Shown here: piece after piece, positions 14,326-30,310 of the stretch
Position numbering within the stretch: position 1 is the stretch's first letter
How the letters are laid out: each line of letters begins with the position of its first letter
Origin: the human T2T-CHM13v2.0 reference genome, Homo sapiens
Assembly: GCA_009914755.4 (NCBI GenBank)
Contig: CP068257.2
Span: forward strand, 27,616,001 to 27,680,000
Direction of reading: 5' to 3'
Length of the DNA: 64,000 bases
Translations under genes and position numbers: made by a program
The notes under the pieces: generated by a model
Database searches by the model: none
Told to the model about the DNA's origin: nothing
The model's input: only the letters and a program-made list of their open reading frames with translations

Positions 14326-15320
14326 TAGTTTGAAGGACATTTTCACCTTCTCATATATGTACTATATTTATTAAGCCAAGATTATCTGGTAAGAAAACAT
14401 ATTTCATTTTATAAATGTCACAATTCATGACAGATACTTTCATAGTTAATGAGAGTTTACAGTACATGTGACTATTTAGATAAGGCACTTATTTTTGACA
14501 CTGTGTTTTATGTTACAAGTATTGTAGTTTCACAACACGCAATAAGGTGGTCCCCTGACCTTGCTATGCCAAGGAATCTGAAATAAGCTTGACCTTGCTT
14601 TATAATCCTATTCTTCTCTCCATCTCCTACTTTAAAAGAAGGATTACACTGCATTACAATAAAATGAACTGATATATAAAGAGTACATAGCCAGGTGGTG
14701 GCACATAGAAAATGATCAGTGGACATTATCTGCTCTTACTGTTGTTAGTGGAAGAGGTATGTGTCTTTGAAATATGCTGGATGCTTTGCTGAGTCGTTTA
14801 TAGTGATCACATCTACTCCTCAAAAGAACCATGGGAAATAGGTGACATCATTTCCATTTCTAGATGAAGAAACTGGGCTCAGAGAAGTTCAGAATTTGTC
14901 CTAGAGAGTGGGGGGCAGAGCCAGCATTTAAGCCAGACTGGTCCAATTTTGAAGTACTTCCACTCCTCAGTGATGATTTCTGTACTGCCAAAGAAGACCA
15001 AGCAGAGGTTAGTATGGTGGGGAGGGGTAGGGTGTGTGCATAGAAAGATGTTCTCCAGTTCTTTCTCCAGTTACCAGGTTGTGGATTGAATAATGTGATT
15101 AATATACTGGAATTCATTTTGTATATAGTTACATATATAATATATATTATATATTTATATGTATACATCTTTTCCCAATGAAAGAAAAACATACATTTTA
15201 CTTAAATTTCCACATCTATTTTTCCTATTATTTCATTATAAATGTGTTCATTAAATATTCTTTGATCACAAGATTTAACACATCACATGTAAACAGCAAC
15301 AAACCTGTAAACAAGAACTA

Positions 15321-15621
<301 letters not shown>

Positions 15622-15652
15622 GAGGTAAATGTAATACTTTTTGATTAACATG

Positions 15653-16012
15653 TGATACGGTTTGACTTTGTCCTCATCCAAATCTCTCCTTGAATTGTAA
15701 TAATCCCCATGTGTCAAGGCCAGGCCAGGTGAAGATAATTGAATGATGGGGGCGGGGGTTTCCCCCATGCTGTTCTTGTTGTAGGGAATAAATCTCACGA
15801 GATCTGATGGTTTTACAAAGGGGAGTTCCCCTGCACATGCCCTCTTGTCTACTGCCACGTAAGATGTGTCTTTGTTCCTCCTCCACCCTTCTGCCATGAT
15901 TGTGAGGCTTCCCCAGCAATATGGAATTGTGAGTCAATTAAACCTCTTTCCTTTATAAATTACCCAGTCTTAGGTATGTCTTTATTAGCAGCATGAGAAC
16001 AGACTAATACAA
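15653..16012 (+). mobile_element. THE1 (ERVL-MaLR) solo LTR
   Basis: tgatacggtttgactttgtcctcatccaaatctctccttgaattgtaataatccccatgtg...cagcatgagaacagactaatacaa (360 bp). It carries the TG..CA termini of the THE1 consensus. Confidence 0.75.
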
Positions 16013-16344
16013 CATATTAAAACCTCACTGATGTAAATCCTAGACATTTTGATTTGAAATGAAACTTCCAACTTCAAACCTGACTGCATGTTAGGTTTGC
16101 CTGGCAGCTCTGGGACTATGGGGACAACAACCATCACCACCACCCCATGCCTGGGACTCAGCCGCAAAGATGGTGTTTTAACTGATGGGGGAGTTGATAC
16201 TGTTTGAAACCTCCCCAGGGGATTCTAATGAGTCATCAGGGCTGGGAATCACTGGCCTAAAAAAGTAGAAGCACCTACTTGAATGGGACAATAAATACTT
16301 GCTGAAACAGATTAAGTACTCAGTACTTTAAAACCAATGCCCTT

Positions 16345-16639
16345 GGTCGGGTGTGGTGGCTTGTTTCTGTAATCCCAGCACTTCAGGAAGCTGAGGCAGG
16401 TTGATCACTTGAGATCAGGAGTTCGAGACCAGCCTGGCCAACATGGTGGAACCCTGTCTCTACTAAAAATACAAAAATTAGCTGGGCCTGGTGGCGGACA
16501 CCTGTAGTCCCAACTTCTCAGGAGGCTGAGGCAGGAGAGTCACTTGAACCTGGGAGGCAGAGGTTGCAGTGAGCCAAGATCACACCACTGTGCTCCAGCT
16601 GGGGTGACAGAGTGAGACTCTGTCTCAAAAAAAAAAAAA
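16345..16639 (+). mobile_element. Alu SINE
   Basis: ggtcgggtgtggtggcttgtttctgtaatcccagcacttcaggaagctgagg... ending in a poly-A run at 16627-16639. Confidence 0.92.
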
Positions 16640-17326
16640 TCAATGCTCTCATCTGCACAGCATCCATGAAAGAATTTTCCTTTGGTCTTTAACCTTCCTC
16701 AGATGCTATCTCCTTCTCCAGACCTATTTGTCTCTAAAGAGTAGAGGCTGCTCAAAGTTTCTATTTCCTCCACTTCTTAATCCATCTCAAACAACAGTCA
16801 TGATCTCCATCCTCCTGCAACTGATCTTATCAAGCCTCAATCAGTAATTCATTTACTGTATCTTAATATGTAATTTATAACTAATATATAACATCAATGT
16901 ATATTGAAGACCTACCTGAAGACTGCAGTGGGTCATAAGAGGGCTATTGAATGCCTGAGTCTCTAGGAATTGATAAGATTATAGAGTTGAACAAAGATTT
17001 TAAAATTACCTTGTCCTGTGCTTCTCAAGATAATTTCATTTAGAGTGACACATCCCTTTATTTGGGAAGCTTATTTGAAATGTCAGCAGGTAATAAAAGA
17101 GAGGGTGGGGCTACTTTGTGTGGTATTGATGGTGGGGACAGAGCCCTGATTGCTGGGTTCTGTCCACCTTTCTGTCCACTGTTCCCTCAGAGATAGCCCT
17201 TAGAGATCTCCACAGACCCTCTGCATCTCTGCAAAGGACAGTTTGGAAACTACCCATCTAGTCTTGATCCCTTTCAGATACAACACAGGATATGTCTGCC
17301 ACCTTAAGAAGCTTCTAGGTTTTCTT

Positions 17327-17598
17327 TCTGTTTCTTTTTTTCTTTTTTGAGATGGAGTCTCACTCTGTTGCCCAGGCAGTCTCCCAAGTAGCTGAGACTA
17401 CAGGCGCCGCCACCATGCCCAGCTAATTTTGCTGAGACTACAGGTGCCTGCCGCCATGCCCAGCTGATTTTTGTATATTTAGTAGAGATGGGGTTTCATC
17501 GTATTGGCCTGGCTGGTCTCGAAATCCTGACCTTGTGATCCCCCCACCTCGGCCTCCCAAAGTGCTGGGATTACAGGCGTGAGCCACCATGCCTGGCC
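17327..17598 (-). mobile_element. Alu SINE carrying an internal deletion of about 75 bp and a tandem duplication of about 38 bp
   Basis: ttttttgagatggagtctcactctgttgcccaggc then directly agtctcccaagtagctgagactacaggcgccgccaccatgcccagctaattttgctgagactacaggtgcctgccgccatgcccagctgatttttgtatatttagtagagatggggtttcat...ggcgtgagccaccatgcctggcc. Confidence 0.85.
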
Positions 17599-18390
17599 AC
17601 TTCCAGGTTTTATAAGTAAAACACCTGTCAGTGTTAAAAACATTATAACTTATGAGCTCCCATTTACAATGTGTTTATTATTTGGCAGTCACCTTTCTAT
17701 GTCACATGTAGTGACTTGTTTGGTCTCACAACAGTACTGTGACTGCAGTTATTATCACTCCCATTTTATTGATGAGTACACAGAAGCAGGAGGCTTTAAT
17801 CTGCTTGCCAGTCACAGCTGGGGAATGTACTTATGAGCCCATGCTCTTAACTGGTAACACTTTGCCTTGTATTAATATATACAAGGATTCTGTCTGGTAG
17901 CCTGCACCACACAGACACCATGTCTTTGTGCATATACATTATTTAACCAACAGATCTTTAGTACTGGTGGCTCATTATTCATTAGTGGCAGATACTGTAG
18001 ATACAGGAGTTAATGCCATGCTAGGAAGACAGACAACACACCTGTAAACAAATAAGGAAATAAGATGATGCAGTAGGGAAGAGCAAAGAAGAATATATGA
18101 CGGTGAAGCCACAGGAGTTACCAGGGTGACGGTGCATCTTACTTCCTACAGGCTTGCTAGAACCTTGCCGCTCAAAGGGTGTCCAGCAGCCGGGGAGGAT
18201 TGTGTCATATGAAAGGTTGTTAGAAACAAAGAATCTGGAGAATCACCTGAGACTTACCCCAGATTCAGAATCTGCATTTTAAGAAGCTTCCCAAGTGATT
18301 CATGTGCACATTAAAATGTGAGGGGCACTGAACAGCAGAGGGCATGTTTCTGTTGCTAACAGCCAAGATTCATTCTTTCTCTCCCCTGAC

Positions 18391-18412
18391 CATTCACACA
18401 CACACACAAACA
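18391..18412. repeat. (CA)n short microsatellite
   Basis: ttcacacacacacacaaacacaaaa. Confidence 0.7.
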
Positions 18413-18487
18413 CAAAATATATGTACATAAATAAAAAATATGGACTTTGCATTTTGAAATGTTACATTGTAATATAAGAACAGTCCT

Positions 18488-18853
<366 letters not shown>

Positions 18854-19224
18854 CTAATGATATAATTGGGGGTTATTTGCTGATTCAACATGAAATAATT
18901 CATAGCACTGACTAAAAGGAACATAAAAGAAAAGCTAAGTAAAATTTCTATATATTCTTTTAAAATATGAAATTTAATGCTTCAACTCCAATAAAATGAG
19001 TAAAAAATACACTGTAAAGTTAAGTATATAAAGAACTTCAATTTGCTGTAAAAAAGATATATAGTATATAAATATGATTCCAGTGTAAATTTGCTTTAAA
19101 TTAGGATGCCAATTATAAGCATTATTTAAACATTTAATTAAAATGACTGTATTTGCATTTTGATAAGAAAATTCATAATTTTCCAGGCCACTTTTATTTA
19201 TTCGTTTATTATTTTTATAAAATT

Positions 19225-19625
19225 GTTTAAATTTTTAATATTTTGATACATAGTAGGTGTTTATGGGGTACATGAGGTGTTTTCATACAGGCATCCAATG
19301 TGAAATAATCACATCATGGAGAACGGGGGATCTATCCCCTCAAACATTTATCCTTTCAGTTACAAACAATCCACTTAAACTCTTTTAAGTTATTTTAAAC
19401 TGTACAACTAAGTTATTATTGACTATAGTCACCCTGTTGTGCTATCAAATAGGTGTTATCCCCACTACTTTATTTGTATCCATTAAACATCTCCACCTCC
19501 CTCACCCACCAGTACCCTTTCTAGCCTCTGGTAACCATTTTTCTGCTCTCTATGTCCGTGAGTTCAATTGTTTTTATTTTCAGATCCCACAAATAAGTGA
19601 GAACATGTGACATTTGTCTGTCTGT
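19225..19625 (+). mobile_element. L1 (L1P/L1M) 3'-region fragment
   Basis: ...tagtaggtgtttatggggtacatgaggtgttttcatacaggcatccaatgtgaaataatcacatcatggagaacggggg...cccacaaataagtgagaacatgtgacatttgtctgtctg resembles the L1 3' region (gtacatgtgcaggtttgttacat...cccacttataagtgagaacatg). Confidence 0.55.
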
Positions 19626-20084
19626 TGTCCAGGCCACATTTAAAGACCATCTAGTTTTATTTCAACACATACAACCTTTTTCTCTGAGGACAAGTAACAC
19701 TCAGAATCATCCTGATTATCTTAGAGTTTTCAGAAACTAGTACTCAGAGTACTGAGGTGTTATTTCAGCAAAGGTTGGTGGCACTTTTCTTACTAAAGAC
19801 ACTTAGAAAATAGAAACCACCCCAAATACCCCTACTTGGCACTGCCCAGCCTTTTCAGTTTCCTCAGAGATTTTGTATAGCAAAGGTCAATCAGAAGCCA
19901 CTGGGGGAAGAAAAAAAAAAACTACCAAGGGACTCAAGTCCTTTCAAAGCCAGCTGAACAATCATCATCCCAAACAATAATCCCAGTTTGCCTAGGACTT
20001 TCCTGGGTTTAGCACTGAAAGTCCCAATTCCCAGGAACCCTCTCAGTTCCTGGAAAACTGGAATGGTTGGTCTCTCTAGGTCAC

Positions 20085-20453
20085 TGGTACGGTTAGGCTT
20101 TCTATCCCCACCCACATCTCATCTTGAATTGTAATTCCCATCATCCCCATGTGGCAAAGGAGAGACTAGGCGGAGGGATCATGGGGGCGGTCTCCCCCAT
20201 TCTGTTCTCGTGATAGTGAGTTCTCACAAGATCTGATGGTTTTATAAGGGGCTCTTTCTCCTTTGCTCAGCACGTCTCCTTCCTGCCATCTTGTGAAGAA
20301 GTGCCTTGCTTCCCTTTCACCTTCTGCCATGATTGTAAGTTTCCTGAGGCCTCTCCAGCCATCCTGAACTGTGAGTCAATTAAACCTCTTTCCTTTCTAA
20401 ATTACCCAATGTTAGGTAGTTCTTTATAGCAGTATGAAAACGGACTAATATAG
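20085..20453 (+). mobile_element. THE1/MST-type (ERVL-MaLR) solo LTR
   Basis: tggtacggttaggctttctatccccacccacatctcatcttgaattgtaattcccatcatccccatgtg...gcagtatgaaaacggactaatatag. Confidence 0.65.
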
Positions 20454-21118
20454 TCACTAAAGATTAATTTTTAAAAATGGGTTTCACAGAATTGTGACAC
20501 AATATTGGGTTTTATTTTGCTACTTGCAAAGAAAATCCTCCCAAAATATTAAAACTCAACACCAAAGAGTATCAAATGTTAATTTAATAGTATCAAATGA
20601 ATAGAACATGTATCTGGTAAAAAGAAAAACAGAAATTGCCATCGCCTTTTTCTTCCCTTTCTTAATATTGTGTTATAGCCTGTTTGGGAGAAAGCAGAAA
20701 AATAGACATTGCCTTTATGATTCACTAAACCACTGAGCTCCAAAATGGAGGTAAATGAAGCCAATATTAACAGTTCTATTTTTATTGATTTAATTTTGCT
20801 AAAACTGAATAATAGAAATTATGCTTTACTCATGTGTAATATACAGATTGATACTAGTGTCTTCAGTGGACCAGTAAGTCAGAATGCATACTTCTGGAGG
20901 GAGGATGGGGTGACATCGGTTCCTTCTGCCATTGGTTTATTTCTGAGAATCTTAGGGTGTATTATCAGTGACGTACTATACGAGGTCACCTTTGTGTTAA
21001 TTTATAAAAATGAGACCTTTGAATATGTGATACTTTTTGAGATGGAATGTATTAATCAGCTTTTACTGTGTAACAAAGCATTTGAAAACTTAGTGGCTTG
21101 AAACAACAACTTTTATTC

Positions 21119-21445
<327 letters not shown>

Positions 21446-21577
21446 TGAAGCCTGAACGAAAGCTGAGTGGTTCTTCTGATGTCCTTGTTTGAGGTGGGTT
21501 AAACTAGGACGACTTTATTACTTTATTAGTAAGTATGGCGGGCTGGGAGTGCTGGGACAATCCCCTATGCCACATGA

Positions 21578-21908
<331 letters not shown>

Positions 21909-22498
21909 TAGTCTGGATTTCTTCACTTGCCGATTAATGAAGAGCAAACAGCAGAAAGAGAGAAAGCCACACGCCCTTTTCGAGCCTTTGCTTGCATCAC
22001 GTTTGCTAATGTCTCATTGGCTAAGGCAAGTCACATGGCCAAGCCCAGGTTCAAAGGTTAGAGAAAAATACTCCGCCTTTTTCTTGTAGGGTCTGCAAAA
22101 TCACATTGCAGGAATGGGTAGAATTTATGGCTATGTTGCAAGCAATCACAGAAGTGGAACTAGTAAACCATTAAAATGTTTTGCAACCCAGAAGTTCCTG
22201 GCTCAATTTCTGGCAAAGCATTTAAAAGATGTATTAAAAGATGGCATGCATGATACAAACAATCCAAATTTGCTGACTTTTTCTGTAAAGATAAATGGCT
22301 GTTAGAATCATGTTATGGAGCAAATATTTTGAGCAAATAAACACAGTCTGTCCTTTCAAAGTAAATATGACATTTCAACAATGTGTAAGAAAGCACTAAT
22401 TTTTCAAAAGAAAATTATGGAAAAAAAAAGCCTTTCAAAATAGTTTGAAAATATTTCCAATGTGAACTTATTCTGTTTTAAAAATGGATGTTAATTAA

Positions 22499-23154
<656 letters not shown>

Positions 23155-24078
23155 AAGGAACAGTAGATTAACATGAGATTAAACATGCCACATATTTTTA
23201 GGTTATCAATTATACTCAAAGATTCATAATAAAATATATTGACACAAAATAGTTATATATTGGAGTAACAGGCAAAAATAAAAAAGCAACATTTACAATG
23301 AAACATGAAACTTCAAATGAATTCTGAAGTTTTTGCCATATCTTCAGACTTGGTGAGGAGATGTGGGAATAGGTATAAGGTGAGACAAACTGCATTTTTA
23401 TGTTTCTCTATCACTAGGGGTTCCTTCCCAGAAAAGCTTGTTTGAGATGTACTATCACCCTATAGGGAACTATCCTTACATATGTAATATCTTGGAATTG
23501 TCTGTTTGCCTATATGTTTTAGATACAATTTTTCTTTTAGTTTAGATTATGTTCTCCAGGACAGGGTTATATTTCTTAATTACTTTTTAGGATAATATAA
23601 GGTCATTATAGTTTTTAATTAATAAAAATTAAAAGTCTTGAAAATCTTTTGAAGTTTTAGTGGGGAGGTAAACAGGTGCAGTAACTTTGGAAAACAGATG
23701 GATATTCATATACCAGGTGAGTTAGCAGTTTTATTCTTAGGAATATATGAGAAGCTCTTGCACATGTTTAAGACTGGTCACAGCAACACTGTTCCTAAAA
23801 GCAAAAACCTGGAAAGAACTCAAATGCACATCAACAGGAGTGTGGATTCAAGAATTGTTGTGTAATCACACAATGAAATATTACATAGCATTCTTACCTA
23901 ATAAGACACTACAATACCCACAATTGGATAAATCTTACAAATATTAGGTTGGAGCAAAAGTAACTGTGTTGTTTTCTATTAAAAGCAATGACGAAAACCG
24001 TAATTACTTTTGCATCAACTTAATATACTATCCAATGGAAAAAAGTTATCAGGACACTATCTATAGCATACTACCTTT

Positions 24079-24297
24079 ACATAATATAAATGCTGGTCCC
24101 TGTATATCAATGTGTCACTGAGTTTTGCAGTTTTGGTAGGTCACACAATAGAAATGAAAGGGTTAGTTTAAATATCTAACTTGTAACACAAATAGCTTTT
24201 TTTAGGCATATTAAAACTTTTACTAAAAAGAAAAAAGATTTAAACGTGTTAGAATGGATATAGCAAATTATGGATTTTATGTTTTTAGTGAATTTAA
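24079..24297 (+). repeat. Copy A of a ~220-bp direct repeat; its partner is at 25110-25357
   Basis: acataatataaatgctgg..caatgtgtcactgagttttgcagttttggtaggtcacacaatagaaatgaaagggttagtttaaatatctaac..gtaacacaaatagctttttttaggcat...gatatagcaaattatggattttatgtttttagtgaattt recurs about 1.03 kb downstream at roughly 94% identity. Confidence 0.85.
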
Positions 24298-24439
24298 TAA
24301 TAAATAAATACAAGTATATAGATTTATGTTTATATATAGGTAAAAATTAAAAGAGCAAAACAATATTTTTGTTGAATTGAACGTAATATAATTTTAAAAA
24401 CTGATACTCTCCTGATGTAGTACTTAAGCATTAGATTCC

Positions 24440-24979
24440 AATTAAGGTTCATGGTAGCCAGCCTCCAAGATGGCCCTGAGTGATCCTGAACTCCTCATGT
24501 TCATGCCCTTTTGCAGTACCCTCCTACTTGGATTAGGATGGAGTTTTGTAGCTATAGGATATTGTGGAAATAACCATGTGTGACTTCTGAAGCTAGACTG
24601 TGAAAAGACAATGCAGCTTCTGTCTTGCTCTGTCTTGGGTCTCTCACTTTTATGGGGAGCCAGTCACTATATCATGAGGATTCTCAAGCAGCCCATGGGG
24701 AAGCCCAGAAGAGGAGGATCTGAAGCCTCCTGCTGGGAAACAGCAGCAGGTGAGTGAGCTTTCTTGGGAACAATCCTAAGCTTCGTCCAACCCTTCAGGT
24801 GACTGTGGTCCTGGACAGCATCTTGACTACAACCTCATGAGAGACTCTGAGCCAGAACCACTCAGCTAACTGTTCCCAAATTCCTGACCTGCAGAAACTG
24901 GGAGTTAATACATATTTATTGCTATTTTGAGCTGTTATGATTTACAGTAATTTATTACACAGCCATAGACTAATACAAA
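24440..24979 (+). mobile_element. ERVL-MaLR solo LTR (MLT1-like)
   Basis: ...ctcaagcagcccatggggaagcccagaagaggaggatctgaagcctcctgctgggaaacagcagcaggtgagtgagctttcttgggaacaatcctaagc...gactacaacctcatgagagactctgagccagaaccactcagctaactgttcccaaattcctgacctgcagaaactgggag...cacagccatagactaatacaa is MLT1-consensus-like throughout. Confidence 0.6.
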
Positions 24980-25109
24980 ATTAGCTAGTTATGGTTCTTT
25001 TATACTTAATGCTTCCAGTGGCTATTTTTTTCATACCAAGCGCCTTAACATTCAACATATTAACAATAAATTATTTCAAAATAACTCGTGCTCTGTTATG
25101 TGTCACTTC

Positions 25110-25357
25110 ACATAATATAAATGCTGGTCATAATATATATACATAATATAAATGCTGGACACATCTCAATGTGTCACTGAGTTTTGCAGTTTTAGTAGGT
25201 CACACAATAGAAATGAAAGGGTTAGTTTAAATATCTAACCTGTAACACAAATAGCTTTTTTTAGGCATTTTAAAACTTACTAAAAAGAAAAAAGATTTAA
25301 ACATTGTGTTAGGATGGATATAGCAAATTATGGATTTTATGTTTTTAGTGAATTTTC
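25110..25357 (+). repeat. Copy B of the ~220-bp direct repeat, with an extra internal duplicated 29-mer acataatataaatgctgg
   Basis: See copy A. The second copy begins with a tandem duplication of the first ~29 bp (25110 and 25141). Confidence 0.85.
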
Positions 25358-28114
25358 CTATGGATTTTTCTAGTTTTCCTTTCCCCCATTGATTAAATTA
25401 AAACCTCTATATTATCCATGAGTTCCTTAACAGAAGTCCTGGTGCCTGGAAATTATTTATATAATGAATAATAGCTGCCATTTTTGAGCACTTATCGGGG
25501 TAGAGGTTGTGCTAAGGCTTTTATATTCATTTCCTCATGCAATTAGAAGAATTAGATGAGAAAGGAAGGCAATCACCACAGAAAGGAAGGCAATCACCAG
25601 GAAGAGGTATTATCCAGAAAGTAGGAATGAGAAAGGGAAAGATAAAATGATGTTATTTGTTTTCCTTATGTTTTTTGACTTTGTTTTTTTAGAGCAGTTT
25701 TAGGTTCACTGCAAAATTGAGAGGAAGGTACAGAGGTTCCCCATGTCTCCCCACCCCACACATGCATAGCCTCCACCATTATTGACATCCCCTACCAGAG
25801 TGGTACATTTGTTGCAGTCAATAAACCTAACTGACACATCATTATCACCCAGAGTCCATAGTTTACATTCAGGTTCACTCTTGGTGTTCGGCATTCTATG
25901 AGTTTGGACAAATGTATAATGACATGTTTTCCTTATTTTCAATGGTTCTTTGAAGAGCATTCATAGTGCTTCATTAAAATATATTTCTTTTTATATTGTA
26001 TTTTTCTTAATTGAAACACATAAACATTTTGTCATTTAGCTGCAATTTCATTCAATTTAAAATGCATTTCATCTTCATAAGAAGTAATTTATAGTTTAAA
26101 TTTAAAATATTACCTTTTAAAATGATGATCTTTAATATACAGTGAAAGCTTAAGTTTTTAGCATAGTAGATAGTATAACTAGAGCTTGGTGATTAATGCT
26201 AAGCTAGTGAGTGAACTACTTTATTATGGAAATAAATAAGTATAAAATATTAATTTATCTCTTAAAATTTGAAGTACTAAGTTTTATTCCTCATAATTAC
26301 TTGTATTTTTCCCAATTGAATACTTCTACTTTTTGAAGAAAGATATAACTGTGTTGAATGTTATAATTCACTGGCAGTCATGATATACTTTTTAAAGACT
26401 GAGCCTGTTAACATGATTTTAATAAAAATCAGGAGAGTGAAAATTTAAACTAAAAACAGATTCCAGCTTTCTCCAACATCTTTATCACTTTCCTTATGGG
26501 CAGTGTTAAATGTATCTTATTCTCTTTAATTTTTCCTTATTGAGTTTAAAGTAATAACAAATAGCAAATCTTAAATGTGACTTAAGTATATACTAAGTGT
26601 TCCCTATTGACTGACTCCTATTCATTTATTTCTCCTGTTGGATATTTTCGTAAGCATGTAGCATAGAGCTATTAGGAAGGTTGGAGAAGGTTCCAATCAG
26701 GAGATGAATTTTGAGCTGGTCTTGAAAGCAAGTAATGAGTGAAAAAGAGGTGAGGTGGGTGACTTTGGGTACAATTCCATTCAGGATGAGATGATAGCAG
26801 GTGAAAAAGTACAGAGCTAATTTTTTCTATAAAGCAACAGAAAGCTGAAAAAATTAAATTTCAAAACAATACCAGTTACAATACTATCAACCATCATAAC
26901 ATATTAAGAATAAATTCAACCAAATGTGTGGTAGGCAATTTTTGTATATCAGCTTTGTATTCTCTGACCTCATTAAATTCACTTATTAATTCTAGTAAGT
27001 TAAAATTTTTTTCTTATGATTTTTCTACATAAAAGAACATATCAACTACTAATATGAAGTCTTCTGTTCACTTTTTACGTTATTTATTTATGTATTTTTG
27101 CCTTATTGAACTGGCTATTACCTCTAGTATAGCACAAACTACAAAACATTGCAGAGAATAAGTAAAATATATCTAAATATATCTAATATAAAATATATCT
27201 AAATAAATAATGAAATATACCATGTTTATACGTTGGCAGATTCAAGACTGTTAGGACATCTATTCTCTCCCAAATATAAACTTAACACTATTCCAAATAA
27301 AATCTCAGCATGCTTTAAAAAAAATCTAGAGGCCAATTCTAATATATTTATGGATTGCTGAAGACCTAGAATATGCACATTCTGAAAAAAAATTTTATTG
27401 GAGAATTCACACACCTGATTTCAAGGTATACTTTAAAGCTTCTATAATTGAGACAATATGGCATTAGTATAAGGAGAGACAAGTAGATCCAAGAAAAAAA
27501 AAAGTGTCTAGAAGTTGTTCCATAGTTACATGGTAATCAATTTTTGGCAAAGTGCCAAAGTAAATCAATGGGAAAAGAACAATTTCAACAAATGATGTGG
27601 TACATCTGTATGTCTGCATGGGAAAATAAATTAACCCTGACCTCTGCCTCACACCATCCACAACATTTTTTAAGATGGGAAGTAGACCTCAATGTAAAAG
27701 ATAAAATGGTAAAACTTCCAGAAGCATAGGAGAATGTCTTTGTGCTCTTGCCACTGCCATCGATTTTTAGGCTAGGACACAAACACTATCTATAAAAAGA
27801 AAAACTGATAAGACTTCAGAACAATACATCATTAGGATAATTAAAAGGCAGAATAAACAAGAATAAAATATTATCTCTCTTGCTCTGTGTGTGTGTGCAC
27901 ATGTGTATGTGCGAGCATGTGCATCTTAAATCCGGAATACATAAAGAACTCTTAAAAATCAAGAATAAAAGTATAAACAGGCAGTAATACATAGGCAAAG
28001 ACTTGAATAGATACTGCACAAAAGAAAATATAGGAATGGCCAATAAATACATGGAAAAGTAACAAGGTGTTCAGCGTCATTGGTTGTCAGTGAAATGGAA
28101 ATACATCTCCATAA

Positions 28115-28399
<285 letters not shown>

Positions 28400-28563
28400 A
28401 CTGAGAACATGTCATACCCACTAGAATGACTAGTGCTTAAAAAATGGACAATATAAGAGTTGCAGGGAATGTGGAGCTCACACATTGCTGATGGGAGTGT
28501 AAAATGTTACAAAACTTTAGAAAACAGTTTGGGATTTCTCATAAAGTTATAAATACACCTATT

Positions 28564-28857
<294 letters not shown>

Positions 28858-29399
28858 GGGGCAGGGGGAACCACCTATCTTAGGTCCAGCAATCCCACTG
28901 CTAGGGAAATGAGGGAAATAAAAACAAATATTCATAAAAAATATTGTATATGAATATAACACTTTTATCCATAATAGTCTAAACCTGAAACAACCCACAT
29001 GCCCTTCAATAGGTGAATGGATAAGCAAATTTATGATACAGTCAAACAAATGACTATTTCTCAGCAATAAAATGAATGAACTATTGATACACACAATAAT
29101 GTGGGTGAATCCATACTTTCCAATTCTTTTAATTGAGGCTTGAGAACAGCAAAAATTAAGCCATGGTCAAAGAAATTGGATCAGGTGTTGCTTGGAGGAG
29201 AGGGAGGATAAGTCATGGTAAAGGGGCATGAGAGAATCTTCTGACATGATGGGAATGTTCTAGATCATGATTGGGGTTGCACATATATATACATTTGTCA
29301 AAACTCACAGAACTGTACACTTAAAATCTGTGCAGTTAGTGTAATAAATTTTACACTGACTAATCCAATTAAGAGATTGAAAAAGCCACAGAATAAGGA

Positions 29400-30310
29400 A
29401 AAATCTAAAAGACATATACCCCTAAGTTATATATTTTCAAAATCTTCCTAGAACTCATTAAGAAAAATACAGACAGTCCAATGAAAAAAGCCAAATGACT
29501 TGAGCAAGACCTCACATATCAGGGTTTTCAAAATGGTCAATAAATTTATGAAATGTGGCTTAACATCATGGAAATGCAAATTAAAACCACAATGAATGTC
29601 ATTACCCAACAACCAGAATGGGAGAAACTTCAAAAACTGACAGTGCCAGGTGTCTTAGTGGATGTGAAATACTTGGAACTCTCATACACCACTCATTGGA
29701 ATGTTAATTGAAGAACTATTTAGGAAAGTTGTTGGGCAGCATCTGTGAATGCTGATCCTCTGCATATCCTTTGATCTAGTAATCCCATTCCTAGTTTTAT
29801 ACCCAAAACAAATGTGCATATAAATGTACCAGGAAGCATTTGCAAGTATGTTCATGGCAACTTTATTCATAATGGCCTCAAACATGCCTACCAACCATAC
29901 AATGGATACATGCACTGTGGTACATTCATACATGCAATGAAATACGGATATTATTGCTACTCCTAATAACAGGGATAAATTTTGCAAAAAAAAAAAAAAA
30001 ATAGAGCTAAAGAAGCCAGACACAAGATTATATACTGTATAATTCTACTTCAAAATTAATTTAAACTTACATGAAGTTCAAAAAACTGGTAAAACGAATC
30101 TGTGGTATTTGGTTGCTGAATAATGGTTATCTTTTGGGGACACAGGTAATTATTGGTAAGGTACACCAGGGAGTCATCTGGGATAATAGAAAAATTCTAC
30201 ATACTGATTAGGTGGTGTTTACATAGGTGTATTCACCTTGTAAAAAAAAATTAAGTTTTATACTTACGATTAATGTATCTTTCTATATGCATGCTTCATT
30301 TTAATAAAAG
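29400..30310 (+). mobile_element. Second L1M-type LINE 3' fragment (ORF2 C-terminus plus 3' UTR)
   Basis: catggaaatgcaaattaaaaccacaatgaatgtcattacccaacaacc...ggatgtgaaatacttggaactctcatacaccactcattggaatgttaattgaag...catctgtgaatgctgatcctc...aaagaagccagacacaagattatatactgtataattctacttc... Confidence 0.7.
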
